DNA of 16,468 nucleotides, from positions 1-16,468 of the forward strand of contig CBDDUX010000006.1 of NCBI GenBank assembly GCA_965234725.1, in the 5' to 3' direction. Source of the DNA: Thermoplasmatota archaeon. Its GTDB lineage: Archaea > Thermoplasmatota > Penumbrarchaeia > Penumbrarchaeales > Penumbrarchaeaceae. Positions 7,577-14,617 of the stretch are shown here, piece after piece. The translations under genes were made by a program, and so were the position numbers. A model generated the notes under the pieces. It had not been told where the DNA came from. It saw nothing but the letters and a program-made list of their open reading frames with translations, and did no database searches. Positions within the stretch are counted from its first letter, which is position 1. The number at the start of each line of letters is the position of its first letter.

Positions 7577-10336
7577 ATGGCGGCCGAAATCGGCAAATTT
7601 CAGGACTTCGGGGAGGACATTCACAAGGTCCCCCTCGAGGCGATGTTCAAATCGCTCCGTTCCTCACCTACAGGTTTAAGCAGCCAGGAGGCCGGGGAGC
7701 GCATCATTTCCCATGGTCCAAATAAACTTACGGAAAAAAAGGAACGCCCTCTTATTATCAAATTCTTGTCCCAGTTCAATAATTTCTTTTCATATCTGCT
7801 CCTGTTCGGTGCGCTTCTGTCATTCATCAGTGAATGGCTTCAGCCCGGGGAGGGATCCATCTTCATAGCTCTTGCCCTGTTGGGTGTTACCATTCTCAAC
7901 GCTGTGTTCACCTTCATTCAGGAATATAAAGCCGAGAAGGCAATGAGATCGTTCAAGGATCTCATGACCGCTCGTGTAGTTGTGCTGCGTGATGGAGCGC
8001 GCCATCAGATCGATTCCGCAGAACTGGTCCCCGGTGATGTCATGCTCCTGTCCGAAGGTGACAAGATCACGGCGGATGCGCGACTTTTCAAGATCGCCGG
8101 TCTGAAAGTGAATCACTCCGCACTGACCGGTGAGAGCGAACCCCTGCTCAGGAGCACCGACGCAACCAGCGATAAGATCCTGTTGAGCCGGAACATGGTA
8201 TTGAGCGGGACACTTGTTCAATCGGGTTCGGGAAAGGCTCTGGTGGTAAATACCGGAGACCACACCCAGATAGGAAAGATCGCAAAGACCACACACGACA
8301 TCGAGGTGCCGGTGTCCCACATTCAGAAAGAACTCCAGTATTTCATCAAGGTCATTTCATACATTGCCATCTTCTTAGGGGTTACGTTCTTTTTACTGGG
8401 CATGTTCGTCGTTAATAATCCCTTCTGGACCAATATAGTGTTCGCCATTGGTATTATAGTGGCCAATGTACCCGAGGGTCTGCTTCCAACAGTGACCCTG
8501 ACCCTGTCCATCGCTGCCCAGCGTATGGCTCGACACAAGGTTCTGGTCAAGAACATCGATTCCATTGAGACTCTGGGAAGCGTCACCATCATATGCTCCG
8601 ACAAGACAGGCACCCTGACCGAGAACAACCTGTTCGTCCACGGGCTCCAGATGAATGGACAGTTATACAGCTACGACCGGGCCAAGGGAATTCTGACATT
8701 GAACGGGCGAAAGGTGGAAAGCGGGTCAATAAAAGGTCTTGACAGGATGAATGAGATCATGGCCTTGTGTAATAATAGCCTGTTTGTTCATGAAACAGGG
8801 GAAAGTTTCGGCGATTCGACGGAGATATGCCTTAAGAAGTATGCCGCATCCTTCATGAAGATCAAACAGACCGAAAAGGCTCATCCACGCATACACGAGA
8901 TACCATTCACATCCGAGACGAAATACATGATCACGTCAAACCAGTTTGGTGATTCTTGCCTGGCTCTGCTAAAGGGTGCACCGGAGATCGTTTTGAAAAA
9001 ATGCACACATATTTTGATCGACGGCTCACCGGTTCCGATAACCGACAGCCATCGAAATGCGGTTCTTGCGGAGAACGAGCAGTATGCTGGAGAGGGATTT
9101 CGCATCCTGGGTGCGGGGTTCAAGGAGGTTCCGGGGTCCTCTGATGAAAAGGTTCTCGAAAAACCGGCATACTGCTATACGGGCCTAATAATCATGCAGG
9201 ACCCACCCCGTAAGGAAGTGCCCGAGGCCGTTCGCCTTTGTCACAAGGCCGGCATAAAGATCTTTGTCATATCTGGAGACCATGAAAAGACAGTGGAGAG
9301 CATAGCCCGTCAGGTGGGTGTGGTTTCATCTCCCAAACCATTCATAGTCCGTGGTGATGAGCTCCACTCGTATGATGATAACGCATTGCGGAAGATAGTT
9401 AGCAAGAATGAGGTCATCTTTGCCCGCGCATTACCCAAGGACAAGCTCAGGATCGTATCCGCTCTTAAAGACATCGGTCAGATCGTGGCGGTCACGGGGG
9501 ATGGGGTCAATGACGCCCCCGCCCTGCGCATGGCCGATGTGGGCATTGCCATGGGCGTGTCGGGGACGGAGGTAGCAAAGGAGGCCGCAGACATCATATT
9601 ACTTGACGATAATTTCTCCTCCATCGTCCATGCCATCAAATCGGGACGCACGGTGTATGATAACATCAAGAGTTTCATTCTGTATATTCTGACAAGCAAC
9701 ACACCCGAGATCGTCCCTTTTCTGTTCTTTGTTCTATTTGCATGGCCTCTCGCTTTACCTGTACTACTCATACTGTGCATAGACCTTGGGACTGACATGC
9801 TCCCGGCCATCGGTCTGGGTATGGAATCCTCATCACCGGACATCATGGACCAGAAACCTCGTGACCCGAAACGAAAGATCGTGAACTGGAAGATGATCGT
9901 AAGATCTTACGGGTTTATTGGCCCGCTTCAGACCACATTCGCCTATTTCGTCTTCTTCTATATCCTGTTCGGTGGAGGCTGGACATGGGGTGATGACCTT
10001 GCCATCACCAGCGGCCTTTACATGAGTGCCGTAACCGGATTCTTTGGCACTGTGGTCATTACCCAGGCATTCAATGTGTTCGCCTGCAGGACGAGCCGGG
10101 CGTCGGTATTCTCAAAGGGGATCCTCTCAAACCGGTTCATACTGCTGGGGATCTCGTCTGAAATTCTCCTTCTCCTGATGTTCGCTTATGTGCCCGTTTT
10201 CGAAACCATACTGGGTACAAGATCCTTCCCGGCTCAGTATTTTCTGTGGATGATCGGGTTCGGTGCGGTCATTCTTGGATGCGAAGAGCTTCGGAAATTG
10301 GCATTCAGGCGGTTCGGCAAGTTCGGATTGGACTGA
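7577..10336 (+). CDS. Cation-transporting P-type ATPase, Na+/K+-ATPase alpha-subunit-like (P2C-type)
   Basis: Motifs LTGESEP, M4 FAIGIIVANVPEGLL, CSDKTGTLT, EIPFTSETKY, KGAPE, DPPR, SGDH, TGDGVNDAPAL, M5 YILTSNTPEIVPF, M6 ILCIDLGTDMLPAI, M8 TQAFNVFACRT and M10 EELRK. About 10 hydrophobic segments. Confidence 0.92.
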   Translation: MAAEIGKFQDFGEDIHKVPLEAMFKSLRSSPTGLSSQEAGERIISHGPNKLTEKKERPLIIKFLSQFNNFFSYLLLFGALLSFISEWLQPGEGSIFIALALLGVTILNAVFTFIQEYKAEKAMRSFKDLMTARVVVLRDGARHQIDSAELVPGDVMLLSEGDKITADARLFKIAGLKVNHSALTGESEPLLRSTDATSDKILLSRNMVLSGTLVQSGSGKALVVNTGDHTQIGKIAKTTHDIEVPVSHIQKELQYFIKVISYIAIFLGVTFFLLGMFVVNNPFWTNIVFAIGIIVANVPEGLLPTVTLTLSIAAQRMARHKVLVKNIDSIETLGSVTIICSDKTGTLTENNLFVHGLQMNGQLYSYDRAKGILTLNGRKVESGSIKGLDRMNEIMALCNNSLFVHETGESFGDSTEICLKKYAASFMKIKQTEKAHPRIHEIPFTSETKYMITSNQFGDSCLALLKGAPEIVLKKCTHILIDGSPVPITDSHRNAVLAENEQYAGEGFRILGAGFKEVPGSSDEKVLEKPAYCYTGLIIMQDPPRKEVPEAVRLCHKAGIKIFVISGDHEKTVESIARQVGVVSSPKPFIVRGDELHSYDDNALRKIVSKNEVIFARALPKDKLRIVSALKDIGQIVAVTGDGVNDAPALRMADVGIAMGVSGTEVAKEAADIILLDDNFSSIVHAIKSGRTVYDNIKSFILYILTSNTPEIVPFLFFVLFAWPLALPVLLILCIDLGTDMLPAIGLGMESSSPDIMDQKPRDPKRKIVNWKMIVRSYGFIGPLQTTFAYFVFFYILFGGGWTWGDDLAITSGLYMSAVTGFFGTVVITQAFNVFACRTSRASVFSKGILSNRFILLGISSEILLLLMFAYVPVFETILGTRSFPAQYFLWMIGFGAVILGCEELRKLAFRRFGKFGLD

Positions 10337-10381
10337 CAAGGATCATCATTTCCGTCTATTGCTATAAAGAGGAAGTGGTAT

Positions 10382-10438
10382 AGATTCCATACAGGATCTC
10401 ATCGATTTACTGGGATTTGATGCTTTTTTTTAAACCTC
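10382..10438 (-). pseudogene. Decayed copy of the 3' end of the neighbouring acyl-CoA dehydrogenase gene (direct repeat of 11249-11303)
   Basis: 10382-10421 vs 11249-11288 match at 30/40 nt ungapped, including the exact 12-mer GATCTCATCGAT (10395-10406 / 11262-11273). Minus-strand translation is EV*KK/IKSQ*IDEILYGI versus the intact EVQKKIISQHIDEILEGI*. Confidence 0.65.
10424..10431 (+). terminator. Possible archaeal oligo-T terminator for the ATPase gene
   Basis: T8 tract ~90 nt after the ATPase stop. It lies inside the decayed repeat (antisense Lys codons), so it may be coincidental. Confidence 0.25.
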
Positions 10439-10579
10439 CTGAATAGCTCCAATTCACTTTCGACCAGCCCCCTCTCGATATCTCACTCTAATACCTCAAA
10501 AGATAGAGGCCTTCAATCAAACATAGATATTCGAATTGAGGTGTAAGAATTCTTAGAGATAATGGAAAAGGAATATCTT

Positions 10580-10605
10580 TTTATAAAGACCTATACATAT
10601 GTATA
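10580..10605 (+). promoter_or_regulatory. vapBC promoter: TATA box plus palindromic autoregulatory operator
   Basis: TTTATAAA at 10580-10587, then the perfect 14-bp palindrome TATACATATGTATA at 10592-10605, ending 3 nt before ATG 10609. Confidence 0.7.
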
Positions 10606-10608
10606 AAC

Positions 10609-10836
10609 ATGACCAAAGCAAAGAATAGGGTCTCGATACCTGTTTCGCTCCCGTTGGGTTTGGTGGATGAGATCGACGAATTAGTCGAGGAGAAACTATT
10701 CGGTTCAAGGTCCGAGGTCCTAAGATATGGAGCTAGATTGGCAGTTATCTATCATCGGAGGCTTCATTCGAGAGCAGAGGAGTATGCCCTGGAGGAGGTA
10801 ACGGAGGGGTTGGAACGTGGATGGAAGGTATCTTGA
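10609..10836 (+). CDS. vapB: Ribbon-helix-helix (CopG/Arc/MetJ) antitoxin, VapB-like
   Basis: 75 aa with the RHH pattern VSIPVSLP..LVDEIDELV....FGSRSEVLR and an acidic C-terminus. Directly upstream of, and overlapping, a PIN-domain gene. Confidence 0.8.
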   Translation: MTKAKNRVSIPVSLPLGLVDEIDELVEEKLFGSRSEVLRYGARLAVIYHRRLHSRAEEYALEEVTEGLERGWKVS

Positions 10837-11218
10837 TACGGATTGTGTATTGGCATTGATAAAGGATACAGATTGGCTGAAGAACGATGTAGAGAGGATC
10901 CTTGAAGATCATCATGATCGTTACACGTCCATCCTAACTGTGATCGAATGTAAGCTTGTAATTTCCAGGGAGATGAATAGAAACAGGATCCATGATATTG
11001 ATGGGTCGATCCAGAAATGGAACATCAGTTTCCTTCCACTGGATCCAGAGGTTGAAAAGGTTTCGAACCAGCTTTTGAAAAAATATGATTTTTTAGGAAT
11101 CTTCGATTCCATACACGCCGCCACATCCATCGTTCATGGGCTTTCTATTTTCTCCACTGACCATATATTTCCCCTGATGGAGGAACTGTCTGTGATAGAC
11201 CCAAGAGATCATAATTGA
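10817..11218 (+). CDS. vapC: PIN-domain ribonuclease toxin, VapC-like
   Basis: 133 aa with PIN acidic motifs YLDTD, TSILTVIE, FDSIHAAT and STD. GTG start after GGAGGGG; 20-nt overlap with the antitoxin gene. Confidence 0.88.
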   Translation: MDGRYLDTDCVLALIKDTDWLKNDVERILEDHHDRYTSILTVIECKLVISREMNRNRIHDIDGSIQKWNISFLPLDPEVEKVSNQLLKKYDFLGIFDSIHAATSIVHGLSIFSTDHIFPLMEELSVIDPRDHN

Positions 11219-11246
11219 TTTGGTGTGTGAATTAATTAAAATGACT

Positions 11247-12401
11247 TCAAATTCCTTCTAAGATCTCATCGATGTGCTGTGAAATGATCTTCTTCTGGAC
11301 CTCGGGAGCTCCCTCTCCGATGATGGAGACGAGAGAGTCATGGGGGAAGTCCGATATCGGGTTCTGTTCTATGACCCCCCTGGCACCCAGTGTGACAGCT
11401 CCCCATATCGCTATCTTCATCCCCTCTTCGGTGTTGAACAGTTTTGACATGGAGGAGAAATGTTTGAAATCCCTCCCCTTATCGGATTCGAAAGCTGCCT
11501 TCTGGATCAGCAACCAGCCAGCCTGGAGGAGGGCAAGATTGTCTGCGAACTCGTTCCGTTTCGATTCATGATCGAAAAGAGTGCTTCCGAAGGCCACTCT
11601 TCTCTTTGCATGTTTCAGTGCATTGTCATAGGCCCCAAGTGCAGAACCGAATGCAAGTGATGCGACACCGATCCTGCCGTTATTGAATATCTCCATTGTC
11701 TGATAGAAGCCCCTCCCTTCTTTACCCAACATATTCTCCTTCGGGACCTTTACATTTTCGAAGTTCAATGTGCAGAGATGCGATTCCGCCCATCCGTATT
11801 TCTTCAATCTTGTCCTTGTCAATCCTTCCACATCACCGTTGATGATGAACATGGATATTCCCTTGTGCTTCTTCTCTGCATTAGGATCTGTAACTGCGGT
11901 AAATATGATATCGTCCGCGAAATCCGCGTTGGTGATATAGGCTTTCCTGCCATTGATGAGATAATGATCGCCATTGTCCTCCGCTCTCATCTTGATGGAG
12001 GATGCATCCGAACCAGCAGAGGGTTCGGTGTTTGCGAAAGCGAAAAGACGCTCACCTCTGGTCCCAGGTCTGAGGTACATCTCCCTCTGAGCTTCATTGG
12101 CGTAGAGGAAAAGGGCCTGGTTCCCGAGCTGGCCCTGAACAAAGGTGGCGATCCCCAGCCCACCCGAGAACCTGGCGAGTTCCTTGTAGAGGTGGATGTT
12201 CTGTAGCCATGGGATCTGCCTGATCTCATCTCCATTGTCCACAAATCCAAGTAGTCCTTCCTCTCCCCATATCTCGAACATCCTCCTGGGAGTGGTCTTA
12301 TCCTTTCTCCACTGTGGATACTCAATTGCGATCCTGTCCTGGATCACACTCTTCACATGTTCCTTGAACTTTATTTCGCTCTCTGAAAGGTCCAGGTCCA
12401 T
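11247..12401 (-). CDS. Acyl-CoA dehydrogenase family protein (~384 aa)
   Basis: Motifs FAFANTEPSAGSD, INGRKAYITN, FENVKVPKENMLGKEGRGF, GRIGVA, RRVAFG and IGEGAPEVQK. Start placed at ATG 12401 (MDLDLSE) after AAGGTGG; the ORF-track extension to 12512 overlaps the upstream gene. Confidence 0.9.
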   Translation of the reverse strand: MDLDLSESEIKFKEHVKSVIQDRIAIEYPQWRKDKTTPRRMFEIWGEEGLLGFVDNGDEIRQIPWLQNIHLYKELARFSGGLGIATFVQGQLGNQALFLYANEAQREMYLRPGTRGERLFAFANTEPSAGSDASSIKMRAEDNGDHYLINGRKAYITNADFADDIIFTAVTDPNAEKKHKGISMFIINGDVEGLTRTRLKKYGWAESHLCTLNFENVKVPKENMLGKEGRGFYQTMEIFNNGRIGVASLAFGSALGAYDNALKHAKRRVAFGSTLFDHESKRNEFADNLALLQAGWLLIQKAAFESDKGRDFKHFSSMSKLFNTEEGMKIAIWGAVTLGARGVIEQNPISDFPHDSLVSIIGEGAPEVQKKIISQHIDEILEGI

Positions 12402-12465
12402 CTTCCCACCTTGAGCTGATAGAACCGGTCTCGAATATATGGGTATTACCTGAATTGTTATCTTT

Positions 12466-14550
12466 TCAAAAATCAAGTTGAGGTGACAACCTGACCCTTG
12501 CATCAGCTGCAACAGGTCCTTCTTTGGTTAGGAAGAGGGGATTGATCTCTATCTCTTCTATCCTTTGATCTCTCAGCATTAGATCGCCGAGGTAGATCAG
12601 AAGGTCCGCCAATCGGACCTTATCCGCTTTCTTCCCTCCTCTGATACCGTCGAGGACCTTTCTACCTTTGATGCCACCAAGCATGTCCATAGCATCTTGA
12701 ATGGAAAGTGGAGCCACTCTGAAGATCACATCCTCAAGGACCTCCACCATGGTGCCTCCGAGACCGAACATCACCACCGGGCCAAATACAGGATCCTTCA
12801 CCGCCCCCATGATGAGTTCGGTCCCGGAAACCTGCTCCATGATCATCACCTTCTTGGATATCCCTTTCAACCTGCCATAACTGGAGATCAGCTCTTCCTC
12901 ATTGCAAATACCAATTACCACACCCCCTGAATCTGTCTTGTGGACCAGTTCCTTATCTGCAGTCTTCATGACTATAGGATAATCTATCTCAGATGATGCT
13001 GAAAGAAGCTCCTCCTTGTTATTTACAAGGGCCCAGCGCGGTGTCTTGAAAGGACCCTTTTGAAGGACCTCCAGGCTTTCCGCCGGTCCCATGAATCCAT
13101 CTCCAACCGCTTCGAGATCAGGATCGATTATATTCGACCCCCATCTCCCCTCTCTTTTCATCGTGGGGGCCTCTCTCTTAACATGATCCGAGTATTTGTA
13201 CAAAGTTGCAAGTGATGAGACCGCTTCTTCCGGATAATAGAAAGCTGTTATGCCACGCTTTTTCAATTCCTGGATCTGGTCCATGGCGGCCCTTCCGCCA
13301 AAAGTACATATCATGATCGGTTTCGAAGGTCTGCCTATGACCTCCAGCATCATCTTGGTAAACCCTGGAACATCCGCTCCGGAAGTTGGAGCATAAATTC
13401 CGATCAAGGACCCGATCCTGTCATAATCAAGTGCCTTCTTTACTCCTTTCAGATACACCTCATATGGGACTTGCGCTGTTATATCCACTGGATTGTCCAA
13501 GGTGGCATATGGTGGGAAGATCTCACCCATCTCAGTCTCGATCCAATCCTTATCGTTGAAAAGAGGGATACCAGCTTTGGTAAGCTCGTCAACAGCGATG
13601 GCTCCCAGTCCCCCACCATTGGTGATTATGAGGACCTCTGGATATTTTGGAAGAGGCATATCAATGAGGGCCCTGGTCCAGTCAATTGCATCTTTGATGG
13701 TGGGTGCTCTTATTACTCCCGCCTGTTTGAAAGCACCGTCGAAGATATGGTCGTCACCTGCCAGAGATGCCGTGTGTGACCTTACGGCACGTGCTCCTTT
13801 ATCGGTGGTTCCGGATTTCACCACGATAATCGGCTTGACCTTGGAGACAGAGGAAACGGTGTCCAGGAACTTCCTGCCGTCCTTCAAGCCTTCAATATAC
13901 AAAAGGATCGCATCGGTATTGGGATCGGAGCAGAAGAAATCAAGCAGTTCTTCATCGGAGATATCAGCCTTGTTTCCGGTTGAGACGACGCCGCTCACTC
14001 CGATTCCTTCCTCAAAGGCCTTTCCCATCAAGGCGGCTCCCAGTGCTCCGGATTGGGTGATTATCGCAACCCGACCTTCCAGGATATCTCCAGGTCCGAA
14101 CTGGGCGTTCAAAGACATGGGTGTATAGATCAGGCCGAAGACGTTGGGCCCCAAAATGCGAATATTATTCTCTTTCGCCACTGCTAGGATCTCCTTTTCC
14201 CCCTCGAGGTTCCCAGTTTCCCTGAAACCTGCGGAAATTATCACAGCAAATGGGATCCCTTTCCTTCCAACCTCTTGGAGGGATCCTTTAACCAAATGTG
14301 AGGGTAAACAAATGATGGCAAGGTCGATCTCCGCTGTTGTTTGAGAAAGATCTTTTACAGATCGTATACCGTAAATGGTCTCTCCTCTGATATTAACAGG
14401 GATCAAATTTCCCTTGTATCCACCCTGTGAAATATTCTTAACCAGTTTGAAACCCAGTTTCTTCGGATCAGGGGAAGCTCCGATAACAGCGATACCTATT
14501 GGCTTGAACATCCTATCAAGGGTAGGCAGGACGCATTCCGGAGCATTCAT
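12466..14550 (-). CDS. ADP-forming acetate/acyl-CoA ligase, fused alpha-beta single polypeptide
   Basis: CoA-binding IAVIGAS, ISAGFRE, RILGPN.FG, TQSGAL, STGNKADI, LYIEG, phospho-His motif AVRSHTASLAG, TNGGG and NPVD. C-terminal ATP-grasp YPIVMK...HKTDSGGV...DPVFGPVVMFGLGG...EINPL...ADAR. Confidence 0.9.
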   Translation of the reverse strand: MNAPECVLPTLDRMFKPIGIAVIGASPDPKKLGFKLVKNISQGGYKGNLIPVNIRGETIYGIRSVKDLSQTTAEIDLAIICLPSHLVKGSLQEVGRKGIPFAVIISAGFRETGNLEGEKEILAVAKENNIRILGPNVFGLIYTPMSLNAQFGPGDILEGRVAIITQSGALGAALMGKAFEEGIGVSGVVSTGNKADISDEELLDFFCSDPNTDAILLYIEGLKDGRKFLDTVSSVSKVKPIIVVKSGTTDKGARAVRSHTASLAGDDHIFDGAFKQAGVIRAPTIKDAIDWTRALIDMPLPKYPEVLIITNGGGLGAIAVDELTKAGIPLFNDKDWIETEMGEIFPPYATLDNPVDITAQVPYEVYLKGVKKALDYDRIGSLIGIYAPTSGADVPGFTKMMLEVIGRPSKPIMICTFGGRAAMDQIQELKKRGITAFYYPEEAVSSLATLYKYSDHVKREAPTMKREGRWGSNIIDPDLEAVGDGFMGPAESLEVLQKGPFKTPRWALVNNKEELLSASSEIDYPIVMKTADKELVHKTDSGGVVIGICNEEELISSYGRLKGISKKVMIMEQVSGTELIMGAVKDPVFGPVVMFGLGGTMVEVLEDVIFRVAPLSIQDAMDMLGGIKGRKVLDGIRGGKKADKVRLADLLIYLGDLMLRDQRIEEIEINPLFLTKEGPVAADARVRLSPQLDF

Positions 14551-14617
14551 GCTCCTTATTATGACGACCTCTTATATCAAGGTCCCACCAAAATCCGGGG
14601 CCGGAAAAGGAACTGTC

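Noticed and set aside
10386..10500. Possible decayed second antitoxin on the minus strand (IDEILYG-type tail)
   Set aside because: The nucleotide and peptide match to the adjacent acyl-CoA dehydrogenase 3' end is a more specific explanation.
12402..12512. 37-aa N-terminal extension of the short acyl-CoA dehydrogenase in the ORF track
   Set aside because: It overlaps the upstream gene, whereas ATG 12401 has an RBS and gives the normal family length and N-terminus.
12466..14550. Possible Pat/Pka-type protein lysine acetyltransferase
   Set aside because: No GNAT domain is present and both catalytic His motifs are retained, favouring a true ADP-forming ligase.
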